Assembly: GCA_002269645.1 (NCBI GenBank)
Contig: NIVC01001468.1
Location: 89,870 to 153,869 of the forward strand
Length of the DNA: 64,000 bases
DNA from: Macrostomum lignano
Taxonomy: Eukaryota
Reading direction: 5' to 3'
The notes under the pieces are model-generated. The model saw only the letters and a program-made list of their open reading frames with translations. It was not told where the DNA came from and made no database searches. Every line of letters starts with the position of its first letter. The first letter of the stretch is position 1. Position numbers and translations under genes: made by a program. This document shows positions 24,386-36,407 of this stretch, one piece after another.

Positions 24386-27300
24386 TTAGCGCTGTTCCCG
24401 CACTAGCAGCAGGCCACGATCGTGCAGTCCGGCGGCCAGGGCCACCCGGTCCTCCGGGTCCGCGATTGGCAGCTCGGCGACAGTCAGGAAGGTTGGATAG
24501 GCGGCGGCGAGGGCGGCGACACCGGGCGCCAGAGCCGGCTCAACGTCCAGGTAAGCTGGCTCAGCTTCGCGGAACACGCGCGTATTGCCCAGACTGCTGT
24601 GCAGGCGGCCGTCGCCAGTCAGGCGGGCGGCGCTGCGTCTGACCAGGCGGATCCGCGATTTCAGCGTCACGGCCGGCGGCGCGGCGGTCAGGCGGCCGCG
24701 CCGAGCGTCCCAGACGGGCCCGGCGCCGAACGCGCTGCACGAGGCCTCGCTGGGGTCCAAGGCTGGCGGCAGGGCGTCGCGAACCTTGATAAAGGGCGTC
24801 GTGAATTAACAACTTCGGACATCCTGGAGCAACGCTTTTGGCGACATGCAATACTGTAATGCAATTCTGCACATTCTGCTGACTTCTGAGCAATACTGTA
24901 GGCAGGCACGGACTCATGCACATGCTCACACGGGGTGTACAGCGGTCCTGACCATAACATGCGCAACACCTGGCCGGCTGGCGGAAGGCCCAGCCAACCC
25001 GAAAATAAACGTACTACTAATTACATGACGAGGCATTTAGCCTTAATAATACAGTTATAGTTACTCCTGCCGTTTACCCAAAATTAGGTTAGTTTTGTAG
25101 GGTTTCTTTTACAGGTAAGTCGCACACGGCTAGTGTAAATCACGGGGTTGCACACTTATGGTCCTTACTTTCAAATTGTCAGGCATATATACACTTTCTA
25201 TGCCTTGAGGGTTGGCCCTCATCTAGTAAATCCGAACTGATGCAAATAATCCAGCGTCTGTCGCATGAGAACAAATTAACTACATGAAATCCGCGGTACA
25301 TCAACTGCGCCGTCAATTTAAATGAAAATGATAAAAAAACGGGTAAGTCTGTGAATCTCTCTCTAGTTTTGACGTTCAAAAGACACTTAATCAATTTTGG
25401 AAGTAAAACGCCCAAAATTCCCTTGCGCTGAGCATTAAAGTTGAAAGCTAAAAATACGGTAGAGTTAGTTAGGCGATAATAATTGGATTGGATTGGATTA
25501 GCAACAGATAGGCAAAGATAAAATGCCTTTTGAGTTGCAGCCATGCATGCAATGAATGTTTAAAACAGTGAAGGAAATGGATTTCCATTTCATTAAAGGA
25601 ATATTAAAATAACAGATTTTTTGGGAAAACAAAGGCAGCAAATGAGTTGTTAGAATACAGTAACGAGGGATACGAGAAGCTGAACCCAAGTGACACAAGG
25701 TAAGAGGATTAAGAGAATTGGAAAAGAAAAACGTTCAAATAGGATTTTAGGAAACTGAAAGGATGATAGGGTGGGAGGGCGGAGAGGATGTAGGGAGAGC
25801 GGAGAGGATGTAGGGAGAGCGGAGAGGATGTAGGGAGAGCGGAGAGGATGTAGGGAGAGCGGAGAGGATGTAGCGGAGAGTGGAGAGGATGCAGGGAGAG
25901 TGGAAAGGATGTAGGGAGAGTGGAAAGGATGTAGGGAGAGTGGATAGGATGTAGGGATGTAGGGAGAGTGGAAAGAATGCAGGAGAGTAGAAAGGATGTA
26001 GGGAGAGCGGAGAGGATGTAAGGAGTGTGGATAGGATGTAGGGAGAGCGGAGAGGATGTAGGGAGAGCGGATAGGATGTAGGGAGAGTGGATAGGATGTA
26101 GGGAGAGCGGATAGGATGAAGGGAGAGTGGATAGGATGTAGGGAGAGCGGAGAGGATGTAGGGAGAGCGGAGAGGATGTAGGGAGAGTGGAGAGGATGTA
26201 GGGAGAGCGGAGAGGATGTAGGGAGAGCGGAGAGGATGTAGGGAGAGTGGAGAGGATGTAGGGAGAGCGGAGAGGATGTAGGGAGAGCGGAGAGGATGTA
26301 GGGACAGCGGAGAGGATGTAGGGACAGCGGAGAGGATGTAGGGAGAGTGGAAAGGATGTAGGGAGAGCGGATAGGATGTAGGGAGAGTGGATAGGATGTA
26401 GGGAGAGCGGAGAGGATGTAGGGAGAGCGGAGAGGATGTAGGGAGAGCGGAGAGGATGTAGGGAGAGCGGAGAGGATTTAGGGAGAGCGGAGAGGATGTA
26501 GGGAGAGCGACACCACAGGATTAGCAGCAGCTCGTGGATCTGTAGCCTGATAACCATCCCTCAAGGACATTACAAAGACCCCGAGCTCACTAACCTGTCC
26601 ACATGCAATCCTGTCCGCTGCCTCATCCAGGCTGATATGACCGGACAGTCTGGCCAGCAGTGACCGGCAAAATTCTTCGGCTTCGCGTCGCCGATTTGCC
26701 CAATCGTCGCGGCTAGCGGCGGTCAGGGACCCAAAGGCGGAGCCGGCAAAGCCCAGAAGTCCGAGCGGCAGGCCGCGCCTGAACTCCTCGTCCTGGGTGG
26801 TTGCCCGCTCCAAAGCGCCGGAGATGGCCTCAGCGAGTAGATCTGTCCAGGCAAATTTCTGGTAGGTAGACACGGTGATGTGCAGCGAGTGCCAGCCATC
26901 CAGACAGCGGCCCTGGTGAATGAAGCCGCGGGGCATGTAGAGCAGGTCGCCAGGCTCCAGGACAGCGTCAATCACCGGCTGTCCCAGCCGGTCCTTCGGC
27001 CCAAAGTTTCCTGGTAGACAGCGCAAGGGGGAAACAATTTGTGGATTTAAAATTGTGTCAGTGGCAAAGCAGAGCTGAGCACAGGTAAGATGAAAGATAC
27101 CGGAAGAAATCAAAACTGGAGAGATTGACGCACGAGAGAGTAAGAAACAAAGCATAAGGGAATAGAGGGGGAAGAGACAGCGAAAAGGGGAAGAGAGATA
27201 TGGGTAAGGGAGGAGTCAGGAAATGGGAGAGAGACGGGGAAAGGGAAGAGGGACGGGGAAAGGGAAGAGGGACGGGGAAAGGGAAGAGGGACGGGGAAAG

Positions 27301-30300
27301 GGAAGAGAGACGGGGAAAGGGAAGAGAGACGGGGAAATGGGAGAGAGACGGGGAAAGGGAAGAGAGAGACGGGGAAAGGGAAGAGAGACGGGAAATGGGA
27401 GAGAGACGGGGAAAGGAAAGAGAGACGGGGAAAGGAAAGAGAGACGGGGAAAGGGAAGAGAGACGGGGAAAGGGAAGAGAGAGACGGGGAAAGGGAAGAG
27501 AGACGGGGAAAGAGAAGAGAGAGACGGGGAAAGGGAAGAGAGAGACGGGGAAAGGGAAGAGAGAGACGGGGAAAGGGAAGAGAGAGACGGGGAAAGGGAT
27601 GAGAGACGGGGAAAGGGATGAGAGACGGGGAAAGGGATGAGAGACGGGGAAAGGGATGAGAGACGGGGAAAGGGATGAGAGACGGGGAAAGGGATGAGAG
27701 ACGGGGAAGGGATGAGAGACGGGGAAAGGGATGAGAGACGGGGAAAGGGATGAGAGACGGGGAAAGGGATGAGAGACGGGGAAAGGGATGAGAGACGGGG
27801 AAAGGGATGAGAGACGGGGAAAGGGATGAGAGACGGGGAAAGGGAAGAGAGACGGGGAAAGGGAAGAGAGACGGGGAAAGGGATGAGAGACGGGGAAAGG
27901 GATGAGAGACGGGGAAAGGGAAGAGACGGGGAAAGGGAAGAGAGACGGGGAAAGGGAAGAGAGAGACGGGGAAAGGGAAGAGAGACGGGGAAAGGGAAGA
28001 GAGACGGGGAAAGGGAAGAGAGACGGGGAAAGGGAAGAGAGACGGGGAAAGGGATGAGAGACGGGGAAAGGGATGAGAGACGGGGAAAGGGATGAGAGAC
28101 GGGGAAAGGGAAGAGAGACGGGGAAAGGGAAGAGAGACGGGGAAAGGGATGAGAGACGGGGAAAGGGAAGAGAGGCCTGTAACGCAAGAGCCCTGTATGG
28201 TTTAGCAAAAAAGTACATAAAAATACCGCTAGACTCCCGCGGCAGCCGCTCGTTTGGCGACCTGGGCGCGTACACTCGCCAGTGCTTGCGCCCTTCGAGC
28301 TGCATAACGAAGGCTTCAATGTCGTCCCAATGCGGCGCGAACCCCTGCGTACCGGGCGGAGTCAGGTAGACATTGGCGCCAACAAAAGACCCGAACAGTT
28401 CGTGCAAAATGCTCAGCTTTTGATAAACGCGATCGTGAAACACCTGCGGACAGAGGAGGCGCAGCGAACAGCCCGACTGGTAGAACTGCCAGGTCTGGCT
28501 GACCAGTGCGCGGCCCTCCGGGTTGTGCGTCTCGCGCTTGCCTGTGGCGCCATGCGGAGCGGAGTAGTGGCTTTGATTGGCTTGATTTTATTTGAGTGTG
28601 GGGTGGCGATGGCCCAGAGCTGAGGATCTGGGAGGCTGGCTCAGCAACTGAGGATCTGGGAGGCTGGCCCAGCAACTGACACTCTGGGAGACTGGCCCAG
28701 CAACTGAGGATCTGGGAGGCTGGCCCAGCAACTGAGGATCTGGGAGGCTGGCCCAGCAACTGAGGATCTGGGAGGCTGGCCCAGCAACTGACACTCTGGG
28801 AGGCTGGCCCAGCAACTGAGGAACTGGGAGGCTGGCCCAGCAACTGACACTCTGGGAGGCTGGCCCAGCAACTGAGGATCTGGGAGGCTGACCCAGCAAC
28901 TGACACTCTGGGAGGCTGGCCCAGCAACTGAGGAACTGGGAGGCTGGCCCAGCAACTGACACTCTGGGAGGCTGGCCCAGCAACTGAGGATCTGGGAGGC
29001 TGACCCAGCAACTGACACTCTGGGAGGCTGGCCCAGCAACTGAGGATCTGGAAGGCTGGCCCAGCAACTGAAACTCTGGGAGGCTGACCCAGCAACTGAC
29101 ACTCTGGGAGGCTGGCCCAGCAACTGAGGAACTGGGAGGCTGGCGATGGCCCAGCAACTGAGGATCTGGGAGGCTGGCTTAGCAGCTGAGGATCTGGGAG
29201 GCTGGCCCAGCAACTGAGGATCTGGGAGGTTGGCCCAGCAACTGAGGATCTGGGAGGTTGGCAGTGCAGGCCTTGCAACTGAGGATCTGAGAGACTGTCA
29301 GTAGCTCAACAACTGAGGATCTGGGAGGTTGGCAGTGCAGGCCTTGCAACTGAGGATCTGAGAGACTGTCAGTAGCTCAACAACTGAGGATCTGGGAGGC
29401 TGGCGAGGGCCCAGCAACTGAGGATCTGAGAGACTGTCAGTAGCTCAACAACTGAGGATCTGGGAGGCTGGCGAGGGCCCAGCAACTGACGATCTGAGAG
29501 ACTGTCAGTAGCTCAACAACTGAGGATCTGGGAGGCTGGCGAGGGCCCAGCAACTGAGGATCTGAGAGACTGTCAGTAGCTCAACAACTGAGGATCTGGG
29601 AGGCTGGCGAGGGCCCAGCAACTGAGGATCTGAGAGACTGTCAGTAGCTCAACAACTGAGGATCTGGGAGGCTGGCGAGGGCCCAGCAACTGAGGATCTG
29701 AGAGACTGTCAGTAGCTCAACAACTGAGGATCTGGGACGTTTCGATGGCGTTCGAAAATGAAGGTTGTGATAAGTCTTAAGTTCACTATGCATGGATCAG
29801 TTTGGTTGGCAGTGGAGATTACTAATGCTGCTAACGATATCAGAGTAGTTCGGCAAGTGGCGGTAAAGAATCCGGGGATCAGAAGCAGTCTATTTAATTA
29901 GTCTAGAATTTTAATAGAATCTATAAACGATTTTTGAACTGCATCAAATCCCAGTCTCATTATTGAATTAATTGGGGCATTTAAAATATCTAGAAATCTA
30001 TAAATAATCGGCGCTGGATACTCAATTTTGCTAATAATAAGTCACCCCCTGCCACCAGCAGAAATACAGCAGACTATTTAAGGCAAACCAAAATAATAAA
30101 ACACGGTAAACAAAGAACCACTGACTTGAAACGGGAAATTTTGGAAAACAGCTCGAAAGAGATTTTCGAAGGGTTTAACGAAACCTGAGAAGGTTTGGTA
30201 AAAACACACAAAGGGCCTGTTGCACTGCGAAAATCTTCGGGCTTATAGGATAACAGGAAAATTGTTTGTAGGTCTGGTCTGAGGAAATAAAACACTAAGA

Positions 30301-32924
30301 ATTGACTTAGAATCGAAATCTGGGAATCGGTCAAGCCCTTGGCCATAACAATTACACACCTCGCTTCCATTGGTGCTTCTTGCATTGGGGTCTTTATCTT
30401 CTTGCTTAATGAAGCGTTGCTCTTCCGTGTGATAGCACTGCTATTCCTCTCTGATAGCACTGCTATTCCCCTGTGATAGCACTGGCTATTCCTCTCTGAT
30501 AGCACTGATATTCCCCTGTCATAGCACTGGCTATTCCTCTCTGATAGCACTGCTATTCCCCTGTGATAGCACTGCTATTCCCCTGTCATAGCACTGGCTA
30601 TTCCCCTGTGATAGCACTGGCTATTCCTCTCTGATAGCACTGCTATTCCCCTGTGATAGCACTGCTATTCCCCTGTCATAGCACTGGCTATTCCCCTGTG
30701 ATAGCACTGCTATTTCCCTGTGATAGCACTGCTATTCCCCTGTGATAGCACTGCTATATTCCTCTCTGATAGCACTGCTATTCCCCTGTGATAGCACTGA
30801 TATTCCCCTGTCATAGCACTGGCTATTCCCCTGTGATAGCACTGCTATTTCCCTGTGATAGCACTGGCTATTCCCCTGTGATAGCACTGCTATATTCCTC
30901 TCTGATAGCACTGCTATTCCCCTGTGATAGCACTGCTATATTCCTCTCTGATAGCACTGCTATATTCCTCTCTGATAGCACTGCTATATTCCTCTCTGAT
31001 AGCACTGCTATTCCCCTGTGATAGCACTGCTATATTCCTCTCTGATAGCACTGCTATATTCCTCTCTGATAGCACTGCTATTTCCCTGTGATAGCACTGC
31101 TATATTCCTCTCTGATAGCACTGCTATTTCCCTGTGATAGCACTGATATTCCCCCGTGATAGCACTGGCTATTCCCCTGTGATAACACTGCTATTCCCCT
31201 GTGATAGCACTGGCTATTCCCCTGTGATAGCACTGATATTCCCCCGTGATAGCACTGTCTATTCCCCTGTGATAACACTGCTATTCCCCTGTCATAGCAC
31301 TGGCTATTCCCCTGTGATAGCACTGCTATTCCCCGTGATGGCACTGTATTCCCCAGTGATAGCACTGCTATTCCCCCGTGATAGCACTGCTATTCCTCCG
31401 TGATAGCACTGGCTATTCCCCGTGATGGCACTGTATTCCCCAGTGATAGCACTGCTATTCCCCCGTGATAGTACTGCTATTCCCCCGTGATAGCACTGGC
31501 TATTCCCCTGTGATAGCACTGCTATTCCACTGTGATAGCACTGGCTATTCCCCAGTGATAGCACTGCTATTTCCCTGTGATAGCACTGATATTCCCCCGT
31601 GATAGCACTGGCTATTCCCCAGTGATAGCACTGCTATTTCCCTGTGATAGCACTGATATTCCCCCGTGATAGCACTGGCTATTCCCCTGTGATAGCACTG
31701 CTATTCCCCGTGATGGCACTGTATTCCCCAGAGATAGCACTGCTATTCCCCCGTGATAGCACTGCTATTCCCCCGTGATAGCACTGGCTATTCCCCTGTG
31801 ATAGCACTGCTATTTCCCTGTGATAGCACTGCTATTCCCCTGTGATAGCACTGCTATTCCCCCGTGATAGCACTGGCTATTTCCCTGTGATAGCACTGCT
31901 ATTCCCCGTGATGGCACTGTATTCCCCAGAGATAGCACTGCTATTCCCCCGTGATAGCACTGGCTATTTCCCTGTGATAGCACTGCTATTCCCCTGTGAT
32001 AGCACTGCTATTCCCCCGTGATAGCACTGGCTATTTCCCTGTGATAGCACTGCTATTCCCCGTGATGGCACTGTATTCCCCAGAGATAGCACTGCTATTC
32101 CCCCGTGATAGCACTGGCTATTCCCCTGTGATAGCACTGCTATTCCCCCGTGATAGCACTGGCTATTCCCCTGTGATAGCACTGCTATTCCTCCGTGATT
32201 TCCCTCATCTTCCCCTTCCAATCGTACCATCTCTATAGCTGGTAACGTCCAGATGTTCGCCAAACATAACCCGATGATTGCGCAGCATTGAGTCGAAATC
32301 GGCCGTACTAAACCAGTCGTCATAGTGACTGGGAGAATTGCGCTTCACTAGCAGCGGCTTGCGCTCCCAATAGGTGCCAAAGAACTGCTCAGTACTAATT
32401 GGAGCGATGATCTCTTTAAAGACCTCAGTGGCTTCGACAATCGGATCGATCACAGAGTCATCCTCAGTGTCGGAGTTGCTTCCAATTTCAGCGGATGAGT
32501 CACTGCCAATTGGCATCGCAGAGGCTACCAAGCCGTCCTGCTTTGGTTGGCAAGACTCCGACTGTTTGTTTCTTTTTTTCCGCTTCTTTTTCTTGCCAGA
32601 CAAGGCAGCCCCATTGGAAGCTACTTGATGCTGTTGCGGCTTCAACTTCTTACTACTAGAAGTAGTGCTAGTAGTACTCGGAGATTTGGAAAATGCCTTC
32701 TCTACTTTTGCAGAGACGGACTGTTCCTGCAGTTTTGCTTTCTTTTTCTTACTACTGCCAGTAGCAGCATTGGCACTGTTTTCTGTGCTATTATTAGAAT
32801 GCTGCCGTTTTTTCTCGCGATTGACTTGTTGATCCTGCAGCTGGATTGCCGGTGGCTGCTGCTTTAAGCGCTGATAGGCAGCATAGGCTGAGACCTGCTG
32901 TTTGCCTAATTTCAAGTCTGCCAT
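24386..32924 (-). CDS. RIOX1: Ribosomal oxygenase 1 / NO66 (JmjC histone demethylase and ribosomal protein hydroxylase), 608 aa
   Basis: Exons 32924-32228, 28541-28227, 27010-26595 and 24784-24386, all GT-AG with phases 1,1,0 and total 1827 nt. Family motifs: [53 protein letters not shown] (HxD), [16 protein letters not shown] (distal His), FRRGLP, DALPP, HDRGLLL. K-rich N-terminal extension. Confidence 0.95.
24895..25230 (-). mobile_element. Diverged, interrupted fragment related to the SINE body
   Basis: The reverse strand has AGGGCCAACCC...AAGTGTATATATGCCT and GGACCGCTGTACACCCCGTGTGAG...GTGCCTGC, matching internal SINE segments. No tRNA head is seen. Confidence 0.45.
25776..26508. repeat. 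20-bp minisatellite (GGAGAGGATGTAGGGAGAGC) in RIOX1 intron 3
   Basis: Direct tandem repeat, about 36 copies. Confidence 0.95.
27225..28172. repeat. 17/19-bp purine minisatellite (GAGACGGGGAAAGGGA[A/T][GA]) in RIOX1 intron 2
   Basis: Direct tandem repeat that fills most of the intron. Confidence 0.95.
28612..29735. repeat. 28-bp minisatellite (CCCAGCAACTGAGGATCTGGGAGGCTGG) grading into a longer composite unit, RIOX1 intron 1
   Basis: Direct repeat. After about 29280 the units alternate with GAGACTGTCAGTAGCTCAACAACTG. Confidence 0.93.
30428..32198. repeat. About 21-23-bp minisatellite (GTGATAGCACTG[G]CTATTCCCCT), RIOX1 intron 1
   Basis: Direct repeat about 1.77 kb long, ending about 30 bp from the exon 1 donor. 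Confidence 0.95.
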
Positions 32925-32971
32925 ATCTTTCTCTATTAGTATTGTGCTGGCATGAATGAGAAGCAAAACAT

Positions 32972-33468
32972 CGCTGAGATGTCAAGGCTCACGGGTGGAA
33001 TTGCTGAGATGTCAAGGCTCATGGGGGAATTGCTGGGATGTTAAGACTCACGGGTGAAATTTCTGAGATGTCAAGGCTCACAGGTGGAATTGCTGAGATG
33101 TCAAGGCTCATGGGGGGAATTGCTGAGATCTCAAGGCTCATGGGGGAATCGCTGAGATCTCAAGGCTCATGGGGGAATCGCTGAGATGTCAAGACTCACG
33201 GGTGGAATCGCTGAGATGTCAAGGCTCATGGGGGAATCGCTGAGATGTCAAGGCTCATGGGGGAATCGCTGAGATGTCAAGGCTCATGGGGGAATCGCTG
33301 AGATGTCAAGGCTCATGGGGGAATCGCTGAGATGTCAAGGCTCATAGGGGAATCGCTGAGATGTCAAGACTCACGGGTGGAATCGCTGAGATTTCAAGGC
33401 TCATGGTGGAATCGCTGAGATTTCAAGGCTCATGGTGGAATCGCTGAGATGTCAAGGCTCATTTGGGA
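32972..33468. repeat. 29-bp minisatellite (GCTGAGATGTCAAGGCTCATGGGGGAATC) just upstream of the RIOX1 ATG
   Basis: Direct repeat, about 17 copies. Confidence 0.95.
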
Positions 33469-34021
33469 ATCTGAGCTTTCTGAGTCTATCCAAAGTTGCT
33501 TTGCTATTGTTCTAAGCATAGAAAACAAGGGTTTTATTATTTTAACAATGTTAGATCTCTTTTATTGCAATCTTGGGTTTCAATGTGACCCTAATGACAT
33601 TGCTTGGGCTTGATATAGTGCTCCAGGTGACAATTGCTATCAGTAGTAGCAAAATAGACAACCTAGATAACAGTAACAAGACTATTACAACTAGTGCTCT
33701 AAGCAGCTCCATGATGATTGCTGTCATAGAAAAGCATAGCGCATATAATCTTGAGGATCGCAATGATTAGACTTTTAGAGCAGTTGGCATGCATAGCTTA
33801 CCATGGCCAAATTTGATTTAGATGCCATAGCTCTTTGTAGCCTTAAATGCTTCTTTTCAGAGATTTTAACTTGAATGTTTAATAGCAAAAACATTGATTA
33901 TATTAACATTGACACTAAAGTTATTAGTGTAACCTAAATGATTTAATATGTTTGCACATTATTTTTTTGCTAAAAATTAATTGGATGCCATTTTAATATT
34001 CTGCTTATTCATTGTTGCTAC

Positions 34022-34914
34022 TGTGGTAGGCCGGTCTACCACTGGGGTGAACGACGGCAGGCCTCTAGCACGAACAACGGCGGGACATACCACCCAATTC
34101 CTTAGGATGACGAATTGACATCATGTTTTACTTTTCGCTCCCTGGTTTGTTCCCCCGGTTGTCCCCGCCTTTGCTCCCTCGTCTGTTCCCTTTTCTGTTC
34201 CCTCCCTTGGCCTCTGTTGATTTAATGTTTCCAGCGGCCGGGTTTCCTCGTTTCCCATCGTTGTCCCTTCCCTTGTCCCATCCTCTGTCCCACCCCTGGG
34301 ATCCTTCACGCCAATATGTTCTATATGCGTTAACTTTGGAGTCATATTTTTTACTGGTTCTTGTTGTTGTTGGTTTGATTGTTTGTTACCTTTCCTCCTT
34401 TTCGTTCTGCTCCTGTATCTCGCGTAGTTATAGTAACGAATCATAATAATAATAACGAACTAATAATAAGTCCGCAACTAACATCTAATATTTATTCAGT
34501 TGTTCAGAATCGAAGCCTTTAGTTTCAATTGAGTCATTTGCCCGCGGGCCATAAAATAACCAATCAGTCTCATCTCAAAGAAAGCTCTGAGACCCTCAAC
34601 GTTCCGTAAAACGACATTTATGGTGGTGGCAGCGCTACTTTACTACTGTTAGTAACCAAACGAGCATCTTCGACGAACTACGAATTTTATGGTGTCCGAG
34701 GAACCAATCTGAACGACCCGGGCCACTACAAGACCGCTCGACTACGAACACGACTACCCTCCGCCCGGAATTGAGGACCCCGGCAGACGGAGTATCCAAG
34801 GAGAAGACTCAACGCAGCAATTTGCGCAATTTTCCGGCTTTACGTGCCGACGACTAACCCAAATTTTATTTTCCCAATTTCAAAATTTTTATTTTCTTCT
34901 TCACCCCCACCTCA
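34022..34914 (+). mobile_element. Solo LTR (893 bp) of a sister subfamily of the adjacent gypsy element
   Basis: Begins TGTGGTAGGCCGGTCTACCAC and ends CACCTCA. Flanked by 4-bp TSD CTAC (34018-34021 / 34915-34918). The 3' part (about 34510-34850) is homologous to the gypsy LTRs; the 5' part differs. Confidence 0.88.
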
Positions 34915-35297
34915 CTACTTCACACAAAACTTTTCATAGAAACAGTTTCTTTGTAAAACCATTATAATTTTTATTTATACTTTAATATAGGCCTAGCTAA
35001 ATAACAAGTCAAAACTGTTTAGGTTATACTCTTTAAAACCTTGATCAATATAAATTTATGCTATATATACATATATTACATAGTCATGATCTTGGCATGC
35101 TTGCAATGGAACAATCAAATAAGTTTCCTTGTGCCATGTGCCAATACTTAAAAAAATACAAAAACACAAAAATCAGTATTTTTGTTTAAAAAATATCAAT
35201 AAAACTTATATTTAAATCTGCTTCATAGAAAATACAATGCATTTCAATGCATTTTAATTTAACATATTTTTTTTTTATTTTACATAAATTAACATAT

Positions 35298-36340
35298 TGT
35301 GGTAGGCTGGTCTACCACTAGGGCTCCTACAACGATTGGCAATGCACGAAGCGCCTCTACCCAGTGGGACAATATTTGACGTCATTTCTGCTCCCCCGGA
35401 TGAACTGTGCACTTTGCCCTTGTTGCCCCCACCTTTGGTCCAATTGTTGCCCTTTCCCTTGGTCCCGCTTTGTTTTGCTATGTTCCTCCCGGGGTTTGTC
35501 CCCTTTTTCCCACCAGTGTTCCCCCCAGTGTTCCCCCAATTGAATCCATGTAACAATTTTGTATAAAAATCATTGCATTTACTTCTTTTTCTTCTGCTCT
35601 CCCTTCGGCTACTGTTTTTCCTGCTCTCGCCTCTGTTTAGTTAAGTTGTGAATTTGTAGTTAACCGCCTGTTTGGCACTGTCTCATAATCATCCGTCAAA
35701 TTTAATAGGGTGCGACATTCATTTTATTGCCTAAATCCATTTATTAGTCAACTAAGTTGTCAATTGCTTATTAACCTTGTGGAAAATAGTAATTTTCTTA
35801 ATCATTGACTGCGATAGTAATTGATTGCTAATAGTAATAAACAATAATACTAAGTTTTATATTAATATTTATCCAGTTGGTCTTAATCGAAGCCTCTAGT
35901 TTATATTGAGTTCTTTGCCCATGGGGCATAAAATAACCAATCAGTCTCAACTCAAAGAAAGCTCTGAGACCCTCAATGTTCTGTAAAACGACATTTACGG
36001 TGGTGGTAATGCTACTTTACTATTGAAAGTAACACAACTAGCAATCTTGACGAATTACGAGTTTACAGTGTCTGAGGACCCATTCTGAACGACCCGGGCC
36101 GCTACAAGACCGCTCGACTACGATTACCACTACCCTCCCCCCCCCAGAATTGAGGACCCCGGCAGACAGAGTATCCAAGGAGAAGACTCAATGCAGCAAT
36201 TTGTGCAATTTTCTGGCTTTACGCGTGCCGAGACAATGCCGGCGGAAATTCAGACGTAGAATCCGCCCCACCTCACTGGTGTTGACCAACAATTCAAACC
36301 GCCAATTTAAAAAACCTAAATCTTCTCCACCCACACCTCA
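35298..36340 (+). repeat. 5' LTR
   Basis: TGTGGTAGG...CACCTCA; direct repeat of 43081-44121. Confidence 0.93.
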
Positions 36341-36341
36341 T

Positions 36342-36361
36342 TGGTGTCAGCTAAGTGGGAT
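36342..36361 (+). promoter_or_regulatory. Primer-binding site, tRNA-Leu-like (TGGTGTCAGctAAGTGGGAT)
   Basis: Starts 1 nt after the LTR CA. It matches the complement of a tRNA-Leu 3' end (TGGTGTCAGAAGTGGGAT) apart from a 2-nt insertion. Confidence 0.7.
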
Positions 36362-36407
36362 AACAAAATGCCAAAATCCTTTCAACGAGTCATTCAAAAT
36401 TTACATC

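Noticed and set aside
13390-28172. Consistent purine/pyrimidine strand bias of intronic arrays relative to transcription
   Set aside because: The RIOX1 arrays are pyrimidine-rich on the sense strand but the Q-rich gene's array is purine-rich, so there is no rule.
25709-32323. Long ORFs such as [25 protein letters not shown] and GIAVLSQG
   Set aside because: They are minisatellite translations inside RIOX1 introns; only the embedded exon portions are real.
33551-33770. Short ORFs on both strands with hydrophobic or Ser/Asn runs
   Set aside because: Low-complexity AT-rich sequence with no start or splice support.
35275-35556. Gly-rich antisense ORF repeated in both LTRs (also 43046-43339, and 34121-34444 in the solo LTR)
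   Set aside because: It has a non-ATG start in the paired LTRs, the GxxxG periodicity comes from about 12-bp low-complexity repeats, the ends differ between copies, and the solo-LTR peptide is not alignable.
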